The translations under genes and the position numbers were made by a program. DNA of 64,000 nucleotides from Epiperipatus broadwayi (lineage: Eukaryota > Animalia > Onychophora): contig JAQFVV010000005.1 of NCBI GenBank assembly GCA_028023455.1, positions 15,376,001 to 15,440,000 on the forward strand, in the 5' to 3' direction. Positions 13,503 to 26,479 of this stretch are shown one piece after another (the stretch's first letter is position 1; every line of letters starts with the position of its first letter). The notes under the pieces are model-generated. The model worked only from the letters and a program-made list of their open reading frames with translations, was not told the DNA's origin and ran no database searches.

Positions 13503-16340
13503 CAGTGTTCCCTCTAATTTCTTGTGACCTGTGTGCACACTTTTTTAAGTGTGTGCAGTTTTTTCAAAAATAGGAAAATTTTGTGCGGCAATTTAAAAAA
13601 ATGCATATAATAAAAAAAAGACAGTACAAGAATAGTATTAATATTCATCCAAATTTTGTACCTACTTATACGCATTGACTCAATCTTACAGCATACCACT
13701 TGTAAGTTGTACTACATACATTACAACGAAACACAATGAAAAAACTACTCTAAAATGAAGTCAAATCATTAGTTTGTGAAGACAGAATTCAGCTGATTAC
13801 TGTGGCTTCCCTTTTCCAATCAAATGAAAAATAAAAAAATTTAAATACTTACAATGTAAAAACGTCTGCTTCTAATTTTTTCAATTAATACATTTGTCAA
13901 AACAAATAAACAAGAACAACAATTCACAATTACTTATTATTGAACAATTCTAGAATTAAGGATTACATTTGTTATTAATGGCATTTATTTTATAACTTCT
14001 CTACTTAAATTTGCATTGTTTCCGTCATTCATATATGATTTTACTCTCATCAGCATATCCATATGGTTTTCTTGCAATCGATTTCTCTGTTTCATTTTAA
14101 TCAAATTCATCAAACTAAAACCGTGCTCGCAATCCGTACTACTGGCCAGAAAAGTGCCTCCGATATCTAGTAATTTGGATAGATCTTTAAATTGTTCGTT
14201 ATTCAAACTAAACATAACCATTTCTTCAAAATCTTTTATTCGTTTAATTTTAATTTTTTCCCGCACTGCATATTTAAAATCGTTATACTGTTCGCTTATA
14301 ACAGATTTATCTGTAAGAAAAGCATTATATTTAAAACACAGCTAATCCGTAATTAAAATCGCAGGATAATAAACTGGAAACACAAAATATCCAATCTTCT
14401 ACTTCATCCATTGGAAACCTTTCTTCCAAATTTTCACATAATAAATTACTAAATTTTAACATATCATCTGTTTTTATAGTTATATTTAAATCATTAGCCT
14501 TTTTTAAAAGCACAGTTATTTTATTGTTCCATTCCATGTTTCCAAGATGTTTTTCCTTGATTTTATTAAATTTTGCACAAGCAAATTGAAAAGCATCTAT
14601 GGGTGTTAATTCACGGTGTTGAAAAATTTGACATAAAGCACAGAGTTCTAAAATTGAAAACAAAAGTTCTAAATTTATTTGAAATTCAGTGTTGCTTAAC
14701 TTTTTCAAACAAAATTTGGAAATTGGAGCATCTTTATCTTGATTAAAATATTCAATTAATGATTCATAATTTGTAATAATTGCTTTTATTGCAAAATGTC
14801 TTGACAACCACCTCATCTCATTAATAGCTTGGAAAGCTATAGATTTATTTTGTGAAGCTTCAATAATCCTCTTTAAATTTACTTGTTTTTGTCGCGGATC
14901 TCGAAAATAATGTATAAACAGTTCTCACCATTGTTTCGATTTCTCTTGTGACTTTTACTTCTTTCCATGCATCCGAAATACATAAATTTTCTCGGTGTGT
15001 AACACAATGTGCATTCTGCTTTAATCTTGCTGCTACACCATTTCGTTTTCCAAGCATTACGGATGCACCATCAGATGTAAACATAACCAGCTTTTGCAAA
15101 TCAATTTGGTTATCTTCATAAAATTGTAAAATTGCAGAAAAAATTGAAGAGGATGGCATGTCTTTAATTGGATTATCTCACTAAAAACAGTTTTATATTG
15201 ATGAGATTTTCTAAACTTAAAATATAAAATTAAATATTTGGTTGTAAAATATAAAATTAAATATTTGGTTGTAGAAATGTCTATGCTTTCATCAACAATT
15301 AAAGTATGAAAATGTGCCATTTTAATTTCATTTATTATTTCATTTTTTATAACAATATTCACCACTTCCAAAAATGAAAAAGGATAGTTTTTACTACGCC
15401 AACTTTCTGGAATATGGATGTATTTTGCCATGTGGTTATTTATTTCTCGAACCGAAAGCAAAGATATGTTCATTTTAATTGCCAATAATAGATTATCAAT
15501 TAAAATTTGTACTTCCTCAGGATTTGAGTTCTTTTTCTCGCAATCTTCTGGTGTTTCTTTTAAAAACCGTACCAAATCAGTTGCTGATAATGAAGCATTC
15601 TTATTTTTCAGTTTTTGTACACTTTCTAAGTGCGATTTACTAATTAAATGCCATTTTAAAAAGTCCAATTTCCACACGCAATACCACATTTTTCCACTAA
15701 CAAAAGCACTACGTACCTCTCTGTCTCGGTAGTAATTACAAATTACACCCTTTTCTTTATTAAATACGAATATTTCTTTTAACTGAATTTGTAACTTATC
15801 ATGATTTTTCGGAGTATCAGTTTCCACGAATTTCATTAAGCTACTCAATTTTAAATTCATTAGCTGTTCTTTTTCTTTTCAAACTCATTTTTAACCCTAT
15901 ACAGTAAAAATACTTTTAAAAATATTTATTTTCACAAAATTATATCACTGAACCACATATATTCAATAATAAAAGCTGGTAATGATCTTGAATTTAAATT
16001 TTAACAAAAATATGGCAATTTTAACACTGATAAAACATGACGCAATCTTTACATATGACGTACAAGCATTACGGTAATTCCCAGCCTCATTTCTCATCAA
16101 CGATAAATGTGCTGCCATCTATACCTATACACAAAGACTATAGTTGGCAGTTTATTTAAATCTAAAACTACATTTGATTCAATTTTTTTTCATTTTATTT
16201 TTTTATATGGATTTCATATGCAGGTGCAATTTTATTTTCTGCACGGGAAAAAAATTTTTGTGCGCGCGAATATTTTTCATGTGCACTATGTTTAAAATTT
16301 ATTTGCGCGCGCACATGCGCACAGCTTCGAGGGAACACTG
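13503..16340 (-). mobile_element. hAT DNA transposon (ZNF862-like transposase), 2,838 bp, inactive
   Basis: 12-bp TIR CAGTGTTCCCTC...GAGGGAACACTG. 8-bp TSD gttttgac/ggtttgac; a single ggtttgac sits at the empty site in the other LTR. Confidence 0.93.
13985..15860 (-). pseudogene. Frameshifted hAT transposase
   Basis: Successive ORFs carry LIVDESIDIS, FTSDGASVMLG, HCVTHRENL, RWLS and STDCEHGFSLMNLIK...RNRL (hAT DDE and dimerisation motifs), split over four frames. Confidence 0.92.
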
Positions 16341-16729
16341 GGTTTGACATTGGGTTGTTACATATTTTCATTTAGTTAAGAGTCTTTTAAATTGAAGTCA
16401 AATATAATGATATCACATTTATTGTAATACGTACGTATATGATGATTAATTAATATTTTATTTTGATTGGGGTTTTCATCTTTCTAAAGATAAGCAAAAT
16501 CGTTTTATTTTGATCCTTTCTTAATATAATTAAAAAAAAATACATACATTTGTTGTATCTATGTGTATATATAAGTGTGGGTTCATTTATTTTATAATTG
16601 AAGATATGTTTAGTTGGTTATTAACTTAAAAAAATGAGCTGGATTTGGTAGTGAGTGATAAGGTTATATCGTAAAGATATCCTTACACTATATAAATAAA
16701 AATATGTACTTAGTTCACTATGCATAAAA

Positions 16730-17515
16730 AAATCAAAATGAACAGATAAACTAAATTAGCAAAACAGAAGGCCCACAAACTCACAGCACTTTCAGCATTT
16801 CTATTCAGGAATTAGTCTATACAAATATGAAGCCGACAAGAGAAATAATCTGATTCACTACCTGGCAGACTTATAAAGTATGGGACACAAACAAGCAACC
16901 ATTAACACAAAAGTTAACCAATTTTACCGTAAAATAAAGCATAACCAAATTAAAGAAACCACATATTCTATTTTCTTGCATTAATTCCATAGCGAAACAG
17001 CTTAATAGAAAACTCTCCAAAGACTTCAAAATAGGTTTCCATTCACCTCCTGCCACTAACAGACTAATCAATAACACAAAAGACAAAATTGCTCTCAAAC
17101 TGACACACCAGGTCATGTATATAAAATTACATGACCCCATAATAGTTGCCATGCAACTTAACTACTATTGCCACTAGAATGTCATAGCACAGATACCTAT
17201 ATAACAGAACTTAAAACGAGAATGAAGGAAGTTCAATATTTGTAAAGCATGAAAAAACTGCAGGCCATAACTTCCTATCAACAACTGCCAAGATAGTTTG
17301 CACCAAAAGAAATGATGTTAGACGCAATGTCAAAAAGGCTTGCTACATAGCAAGCGACTCCACAGCTATAAACAGAAAAGAAGCTTGCTTCAGCATATCT
17401 ATAAAATGGACGTTATAGGCAATTTGCATAAATTTACATAAGGCTTTATCATAAGCATCTCTCACTTAGTAACGAGCTATGATTATGGGAACTTAGATTC
17501 CCGAAAGCACTCAGA
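16730..17515 (+). mobile_element. Penelope-like element remnant (RT thumb, GIY-YIG, hammerhead-like tail)
   Basis: Manual translation ...LNRKLSKDFKIGF...NNTKDKI, GHVYKIT, LKTRMKE, AGHNF...KIV...NDVRRNVKKACYI...INRK. Tail gag-ctatgattat-GGGAA-cttaga-TTCCC-GAAAG-ca-ctc at 17474-17512. Confidence 0.8.
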
Positions 17516-18149
17516 CTGTTAATTTAGGATTATTAATTATATAGATTCATTACATGTGCATAAAGCACAATTATAGAATAATATTTTAATAACAGAAAAA
17601 AAAAAAAGTGTATCTACAAAAAGAATAAAATTTAATATTTCATGATTTGCAGCAAGCAGAGATATAACACATGAATTTCATTAACCATATACAAAAAATT
17701 ATATCCCCCTCCTCCAGGAAAAAAAGTTTGAATGATTTAACAAATAGATTACCTATGTAGATGAATAGATGACAAAATTACTAATTTATCTGAAAAGCAC
17801 AATTATGGTAAGTTCAATTAAATAAACAAATAGATCAAAAACAATTTTTCTTGTATGCAGAATTCTCTATCAGGAAGCTTGTTTAAACAACAAAGAATAA
17901 TGCTAAATAATAGGCAATGAGCAAGTTTGCCATACACACTATTTCATAACACAATTTATTCTAGCATTTCATTTTTCATACATATTGGTAATTTTATTAC
18001 TTAATTATCATTATAGATTATTTCATTTTTCATACATATAGGTAATTTTATTCCTTAATTTCTCATTATAGACCATTATTCCAAATATTTACTCTTGCAT
18101 TACATGTCAATTTTAAATGTATTTGATGTGATATAATAAAGGAATAAGG

Positions 18150-18520
18150 ACTTATTCCAAATAATGAATAGGGTTTTGCCTACTTTTTGTAAGAAAGCTA
18201 AGGCAATGTAAACTAATTCCACCCTACAGATATTGATGCTATCCATTCATCATTTTCTATTTGTGCAGAGAAAGATCAAAATTACTGCTTTTACTTTTTA
18301 ATCATTTGTTCTTTTGCCAATTGCTAAATATTTTCTATTCTATGATTTTCCATAAAATTTCTGTCAAATTATTTTTTGCCTAATTTTTTTCTGTCAGCAA
18401 ATCCGCAATAACTTTCTATAGCACATTTTTTGAATGGCAAGATTCTTTAAATCAATCTTTTGTTATAACTTATATTCTCCAATCATACAATACATTAACA
18501 AATACAAAAATTCCTTCATG
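18150..18520 (-). mobile_element. RTE (BovB-like) LINE C-terminal fragment
   Basis: Minus-strand translation includes LAIQKMCYRKLLRI, resembling the AFEMWCYRRLLRI motif. Decayed. Confidence 0.55.
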
Positions 18521-19655
18521 CTTAGTATCGTTTTTAGATTAAATTTGTACATGAAATTGGACTGCAGAGTCGTCGTCCCCACCCCCAATATAATCCTTTA
18601 TCTAAAAAATGGTCAATTGCTTACGATGTTAAAAAATATTTGATCATTATAAAGAAAATAGCTGTATTACTAAGTAAACAAACATGGTTTATTTAATTTC
18701 TTCAGATGAAAATCAATCCAGGAAGCTTATTGCTTAAGTTTGTCACTCTCACTACTGAGATAATCTATAGCTCAGAGCATAATCCACTGAATATTCAACT
18801 AATAAATTATCAAACAATTGAGGTTTATTCATTAATATAATACAATAATAAAGATATGAAATCATTTTAACAACAGGATAATGCTCTTTCATGATTGATT
18901 TCACAATGGATGTGATGAAAGAATGATTAATAAACCTCCAAAAAAAAAAAAAAACAGTAGGGTTATTTTCATGGACACAAATACACTTTAGATATTATAT
19001 ACAATATTTGCCATAAATGATAAAAATATTATGTTGACATTTTCTATTGCAATGAAAGTCAAAAATCATATTTTTAGTTTATAGCATTTAGCAATATTTT
19101 TATTTTTCTCCAAATAGGATTCAATTTGTTTTATTTTAAGAGTAAATAGAGATGTCAGAAAAATTTAGTATAAGTCAAGGAAAAGCTGACATCAAATTCT
19201 TAAATAAAATTATCACAAGTTTCAATATGAAAACTATTTTTTACTAGTTTAATTTATATTCTTATAGTAGAATAGCGCTGATATGATTTCACTGATGTAC
19301 CATCAAGAAAATCTTAAAATCTTAATTCTAACGATACTAGAAGTTCATTGCTACTATTATAAATATTTGTTTCTAACTCAGTTTTAACTGAATTCTCAAC
19401 TATTTTGAAGATATTTCCTAATTTCCCATAACTACAGATTATTTCAAAAATAAATGTCTACATATAAGTATATGCACGCGTAATGACTAATATTTCAAAT
19501 TACTTCATAATCAATTAATTCTTGAATATTGGAAAGCAATCTTGGAGATAATATCATGAGATAGTTTTGAGATTTCATATACTAATCTTCAAATTGTTTA
19601 TTTACTTTAAATTTAGCTTACTAAAAATAGACAACTCTAAATTACATTCTTATCT

Positions 19656-21188
19656 ATAACTGAAAACAGGCTTATTATATACCTGTGTGTCTATATATGT
19701 AATATAGGGTATATGAGCACAGACTTTCAGATGACCCATCACTCTTCACTCTATCTAATATCACTGATACACTCAAGCACATATATGCTGAAAAAATAAA
19801 TAATCACCAATATACGTATTTCATGCTAAACCAGCAATCATCAGTTGGTCCAGATTATCATCTCCCACACATATATACTATAAGTGCTCAGATATATATT
19901 AAGATAGACAATCTTCCTACTTTAATGGACAGGCTCCAATCTACTACACCCTCCAACTCTTCAACCGTCCATCCAATTGAAAATCTGATGATGGAATGCT
20001 CAAAGGCCACCCTGAGGCCGAGATTCTTGTCACACCCTGTTGACCTAAAGTCAATCTGAACCCCACATGTACAGGACATAATCCATTTAATACATGTGCA
20101 AGGATGGGCAGACATCTCTATAATGTAATAACTGAAAACAGGCTTATTATATACCTGTGTGTCTATATATGTAATATAGGGTATATGAGCACAGACTTTC
20201 AGATGACCCATCACTCTCCACTCTATCTAATATCAATATGCTGAAGAGATAAATAATCACCAATATACATATTTCATGCTAAACCAGTAATCATCAGTTG
20301 GTCCAGATTATCATCTCCCACACATATATACTATAAGTGCTCAGATATATATTAAGTTAGACAATCTTCCTACTTTAATGGACAGGCTCCAATCTACTAC
20401 ATCCTCCAACTCTTCAACCATCCATCCAATTGAAAATCTGATGATGGAATGCTCAAAGGCCACCCTGAGGCCGAGATTCTTGTCACACCCATGTTGACCT
20501 AAAGTCAATCTGAACCCCACATATACAGGACATAATCCATTTAATACATGTGCAAGGATGGGCAGACATCTCTATAATGTAATAACTGAAAACAGGCTTA
20601 TTATATATCTGTGTGTCTATATATGTAATATAGGGTATATGAGCACAGACTTTCAGATGACCCATCACTCTCCACTCAAGCACATATATGCTGAAAAGAT
20701 AAATAATCACCAATATACGTATTTCATGCTAAACCAGCAATCATCAGTTGGTCCAGATTATCATCTCCCACACATATATACTATAAGTGCTCAGATATAT
20801 ATTAAGATAGACAATCTTCCTACTTTAATGGACAGGCTCCAATCTACTACACCCTCCAACTCTTCAACCGTCCATCCAATTGAAAATCTGATGATAGAAT
20901 GCTCAAAGGCCTCAATTGGATGGACGGTTGAAGAGTTGGAGGGTGTAGTAGATTGGAGCCTGTCCATTAAAATAGGAAGATTGTCTATCTTAATATATAT
21001 CTGAGCACTTATAGTATATATGTATGGGAGATGATAATCTGGACCAACTGATGATTGCTGGTTTAGCATGAAATACGTATATTGGTGATTATTTATCTTT
21101 TCAGCATATATGTGCTTGAGTGTATCAGTGATATTAGATAGAGTGGAGAGTGATGGGTCATCTGAAAGTCTGTGCTCATATACCCTAT
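19656..21188 (+). mobile_element. PLE 3'-end array: three tandem units (starts 19656, 20128, 20582) plus an inverted arm (20912-21188)
   Basis: Near-identical ~455-470-bp units with a decayed GIY-YIG-like segment and a CTGATGA core in each. The arms 20630-20883 and 20912-21188 form a hairpin with a 28-nt spacer. Confidence 0.8.
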
Positions 21189-23236
21189 TCTTATCTATAT
21201 AAAAATTGAGATGGGGGGTGGGGGTGGGGGACACTGAGAAATGCCTTATTTAAAACTGAAAACAATTAGCAAAAAACTATTGTGACAAATTAGCATTATT
21301 AGCAACTAATTGGGAAGACAATAACTTTTCTTAAGTATTTTTTTTTTCATGTGTCAAAGCATCGCCAAACTCCAAATTTTATGTTAGGTTTAAATAGAAT
21401 AAAACAGGCATATAAAAAGAATTACTTTCAATAACATTGTTTTAAAAAAAACCATCAAATCAAACACACTATGGCCGATGCTATGACACTTAAAACAAAT
21501 TATATTGTCTAATCAAAATAAGCAGCTTTTCTTTAATAAGAATATTGGATATTAAAAAATGACCTGCAGCTTTTAAAAATGCAGAAAAAAAAGTCAATGG
21601 ATTTTGCTATAATCAGACTCTTCCTAATTGTAAAATAATACTAAATAACAATATATATGTATATTTGAAAATCTTAATATATATATATTTAATTCCAAAT
21701 GATTATGTACACCAATTAAATTATTCCACAGGATTTGTCCAGCAATAGTTCTATCACGTTTTAAAAGATAACAAAGAAGAAAGATAAATTTATGCTCCCC
21801 CCCCCCTTTAAATTTACATTATCCAATCTTTAAAATATTTAATAATCTAAGCTAAATTTATCTCAACTCATACAATCACTATATTAATAATAATTTCAAT
21901 TAGAATTGCAAATTTATCTTAGTTTTGTAAAAACTTTTACCATAAAACACATGACACAATGTAAAAAAAAAAAAAGTTTACATAATAATAAACAAGAACA
22001 ATTAACAGAAAGAGAAAATGGTAAACAGTGCAAGTAAGAGGGAATATCTCTGTATATAAGTCTCATCTGAAAGATATTGATAACAAAAAACTTATGGAAA
22101 TTTGATTAAACATTTTTAATACCTAATTATATTTTCTTTTCATATTAAACATACACATAGAAAAAAACATTAAAGTTATAACACTCAAATTGCATTTTTC
22201 AACCATAAATCAAATCGATATTCTCTTTTAATAAAAAAATTTTACTGTGACACTGTTCCAAACTCCTACTTAAAATAGTTTTACTTTTCCCTAAATCAAG
22301 AAAATGAGTTTTTCTGCAAGCAATTATAAAAAAAACAAATCAATGAAAATATAAAGTAAGACAGTGCACATTTCAAAACACAGAATTTCACATCACAAGA
22401 TAATTATGTTTAAGAATCTTTTTACAAGTTATGCATATATTAAAAACTATTTTTATAATAAATTACTTTTTGCTATTAAAAATAATCTATAATTAAATAA
22501 AAGCTACAGTAGACAGACCAATTACAAAGATATGTTCAACATATTTTAGCAAATATCTTGGACTATCTTATATTAATAAAAAAAAAGCTAATTACAAACA
22601 AGATTGTATTACAATTACTTTGTCATCATCTTAATTTAATCCCTCCCTCTTTTTTTTGTCCCTAACTTTTGATATAAAATGTCTTCATTGGAAATCAATG
22701 GTTTACACTAACATTATTTCCACTTTAAAATAGTTTAAAACCAATAAATAGCTCAAAAAAATAATAATAGATTAACCCCTTTTAACAATGCATATTTTTT
22801 GAAAGAACTAATAGATATGTGAAGTTGCATTTTTGAATAAGCAGTTGAAAAAATAATAAATTTATGGTAATTACACTGGCTTAATGTTTGCTGCTTATGT
22901 ATCAGCTATAAATAGTTTTGTTTTATATCCCTTTTTAATCATTTAGTTTTTACTTCATATTCCTGAATTTCTTTTATTTAAAAACCAATTTTAGTATGAA
23001 GAGAAAAATGTCACAACATGCATTCTGCGCTTAATTTAACTCCAATGAACATCTTGCACATAAATTATATTCATACTATAAAAGACAAAAATTCCATTTC
23101 TACTGCTTCATACTATAAAAGACAAAAATTCCATTTCTACTGCTTAAAAATCAACATGTACATAGTTTATGTCTACTTACATAGAAGTTTAATATCTTTA
23201 TCTATCCAATTAAGTTTTCATATACTATATCTAGAT

Positions 23237-23621
23237 CAGGGATTCGCAATATGGGTCACATGCTCCACAGGGGGCATTTTGATTTTTAAGAGGGGCAATT
23301 TGAGAATGAGTTATTAACAATCAGTTTTTTTGAGTTATTAAAGGTGAATTTGAAATTTGACTAATTGCTTTTATATCTTATTATTCATAAATTAAGCTAA
23401 GAATTTTAAATTTCCCTTCTTTCGGGTTTAGATAACCTTTATTCCTTATTTCTTTGTTGTACTTCAGCTGTAATTTTGTTAATGGACTTTTAGGCTTTCT
23501 CTGCACGAATAGGAATTCGCTTTATTGAATAATAAAAATTATTATGATGTGGGGGGGGGGGGGAATCTGGATTTTAGAGATGCTTAAGTAGGACAAGGCC
23601 AAAAAAGATTGGCAACCACTG
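23237..23621. mobile_element. hAT (Charlie-type) MITE, 385 bp
   Basis: Perfect 8-bp TSD ATCTAGAT on both sides. Imperfect TIRs CAGGGATTCGCAA / CAGTGGTTGCCAA. Confidence 0.85.
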
Positions 23622-24012
23622 ATCTAGATTTAAAACCGTGTGGCCAAAAAAAATAATTCTACCTCTATCTATAAAAAAAATTGTTTAAAATACATTATGT
23701 ATTTAATAATTTTTATTTGTCATTTATTAGATTAGAAATATTATTCATTATTGGATAACATCATATATTTATTACTTTAATACATTGGATTACTAGACTT
23801 TTAAGCATTAAACAAAACAAGTTTTCAGACTTTTAAGCATTAAATAAAAGAAGTTTTGAACACTAAATATAGTTTTAAGATTTTAATATATATGTGCATT
23901 TTTCAAAATGATATTCCAATATGTAAATTTAAAAAAGGGTAATTTCTGAAGATCAGTTATAATTTTAAAATATATATGTTTTTATTTTATTAATATGAGT
24001 AGTAATATTCAC

Positions 24013-24829
24013 TATTACCTCAAATTCACAACTCAATGAGACTAGCCAAAAAACCTCTAAAACACGACCAACGGTTTCATAGCTACAAGCAGAATTCTCA
24101 AGTGTAAAGAACTACAAAATAACATTTAAACTAAACATTCCCCACAATTCCACTTACCTCCCATCCACCCTTAATATTAAAAGAACTTTTAAATAAGTTA
24201 ACAGCTTCAGAATCATAAATTTTTAACAATATTCTTTAATTCTTTTAATTTCATTTCTCTCAAGGAAGACAACTTTAGCTTCATCAAAATTAATAATATA
24301 GCCTATATCTTTTACATGGATATATAAGGCAGAATTAAGATATTTATTTATAACCCTACTTTTATGTATCTTTATTTTTTCATTTAAACTCAAACTACTG
24401 GGACCTATATATACCTTTTTCATTTAAACTCAAACTACTCTGTCCTATGTTTGAGTTTAAATGAAAGAATAAAAGTACATAAAAGTAAATAAATATCTTA
24501 GTTTTGCCTTATATGTCCATGTAAACGATACAGGCCACATTATTAATTTTGATGAAGTTAAAGGTATCTTCTTTGAGAGAAATGAAATTAAAAGAATCTT
24601 CATTGTTAAAAATTTATGATTCTGAAGCGGTTAACTTATTTAAAAGTTCCTTTTAATATTAAGGGTGGATGAGAGGTAAGTGGGCATGTGAGTAATGTTT
24701 AGTTTAAATAAGTTGCTTTTTTGAAGCTCTTTATACTTGAGAAGTCTGCTTGTAGCAGTGAAATCACTGGTAGTGTTTTAAAGTTTATTTTTCTGGCTAG
24801 TCTGGTAGAATTGTGAATTTGGGGTAATT
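24013..24829. mobile_element. Inverted pair of PLE GIY-YIG/pLTR fragments (~400-bp arms)
   Basis: The left arm is the reverse complement of the right arm. The right arm translates ...ALYVHVNDTGHIINFDEVK...ERNEIKR. Each arm holds a decayed CTTGAGAA...GAAA motif. Confidence 0.8.
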
Positions 24830-25192
24830 TTGATTATTTTTTGAATAGTTTAGATTTACATTTTTAATGAGTAGTAATATATATAGTTATCAAATATTTT
24901 AATGATTTTGATTAGGAATTTGAAACTGGATGACAAAATGCTCCTAATATTATTAAAACTGGGAATTATAGTGACTTTTGTAACAATATTCATTTTTCAT
25001 AATTTTACTTGGTAAATTTCTCATCCCTGGTGTTCACCGCGGGATGGCGTTGATGCTAATCAAAAACATATACATATAACGATTCCGGGCCGGACCTGTG
25101 ATTGATTTGATATAAAAAGATCTCATTTATTAGAATTGTAATAAAATATTCTAGTAACTAATACTATTATATGATGTTAGTCTTTCATTTTT

Positions 25193-25510
25193 GTAAATGT
25201 TTATTAATCTTATATTGGTTTTTAGTTTGTGTGTGTGTCTTTAAAGTTACGGTGTTTTTCTAAAAAAAATTTTTTGACTTTGTGCGTGTCTTTTTAAAGT
25301 TACGGTATTTTTTTCAAGAGTAAATAAATCATTTTATTAAAAAGCAATACGTAAGAAGTAAATGTTTATTAATCTTATATTGTTTTTGAATTTGTGTGTG
25401 TCTTTAAAGTTACGGTGTTTTTCTAATTTTTTTTGACTTTGTATCTTTTAAAAGTCACGGTATTCTTTTCAAGAGTCAATCAATAATTTTATTAAAAAGC
25501 AATATGTAAT
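25193..25510. repeat. 165-bp tandem duplication within an unclassified CpG-retaining segment (25016-25960)
   Basis: Units start gtaaatgtttattaatcttatattg at 25193 and 25358. Internal aaagttacggt motif occurs four times. Confidence 0.7.
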
Positions 25511-26479
25511 TATAAATCTATAAAAAGTAATGTAATTTCGACAACATTTACTTTTATGATTTTGTGTGTGTTTTAATGATACACATACATCACTACAAAT
25601 GGAAAATAATTCACGGCAACAACTCAAAAGAAAAATAAACCCTCCCAAAAATATTTAATTAAATGATTCTATGTTAAGTTCGAAGACTAACAAATAATCT
25701 TCAAACTTGGGGGAAGTATTGTTATGTAGGTGTATAATTAAAATATACACAAAATAATAGTAAATGTTGTAAATGGGGATTTAATATTGAATCGTATTTA
25801 CGTGTATCAATTGTTGCATATACATATGCAAGTTATATATATATATACGCGAAGAAAAAAAAATACTTCGTTAATTTAGCTAAACAACAAACTATAAATT
25901 GTGCTTTTGTTTGACAAATACAATCAACCAATCAGTAATTTTCAATTTTAATCGATCCCTTATAGAATAGTTTGTCCAAGTTTAATTCAGTATGTCTGAT
26001 TCATAACTTCCCTTCTCCACATCATTACAGCAAATTTTCTTATCCATCCCATATATTGTCTCTTTTTAATTCTTTTACAAATTATTGGAATCTAGTTTAA
26101 GACTTAACTGTCCATCTATTACGATCTCTTCTAGCAATATATTCAGCCCAGCTCCACTTCAATCCCTTAATTAATGAAATCAATGATGTTACATACTAAG
26201 GGGGAAGGAGAGGTCAGTACCGCAGGTATAGGGTATGGGTGATTCTGAAGAGCCCTGTTAACTGTTACATTGTAGTCACCGCATAATCTCACCTCTCCTG
26301 TTGGTTTAAGAATCAGTACCACTGGTGTTGTCCACACAGGGTTTTCCACTGGTTCAATAAAACAATTTATGCAAAGCATGCTCTACTTTTCTAGGACCAT
26401 AGTGTCCACAGAGACAATGTACATAATTAATGTCTTTTTCTAATATTACTAGGAACATAAACATTTCATGATCCAGAAT

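Larger units (their letters stand above)
5231..16687 (-). mobile_element. Gypsy-type LTR retrotransposon, apparently non-autonomous, with long (~2.35 kb) LTRs
   Basis: Direct repeats 5231-7583 and 11158-16687, outer ends TGTAAC...TTACA. PPT-like tgggagaat next to 7584, PBS at 11125-11152, gag and integrase remnants. Flanks ctaa / ctat (possible 4-bp TSD with one mismatch). Confidence 0.88.
11158..16687 (-). repeat. 5' LTR interrupted by a short retro-insertion (11723-11991) and a hAT transposon (13503-16340)
   Basis: Homologous to 5231-7583 on both sides of each insertion. The empty sites are visible in the 3' LTR. Confidence 0.88.

Noticed and set aside
19985-20030. Active hammerhead in the PLE tandem units
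   Set aside because: CTGATGA is present but the second core reads GAGA and stem I cannot form; treated as decayed.
21211-21231. G-quadruplex
   Set aside because: Only three G-tracts.
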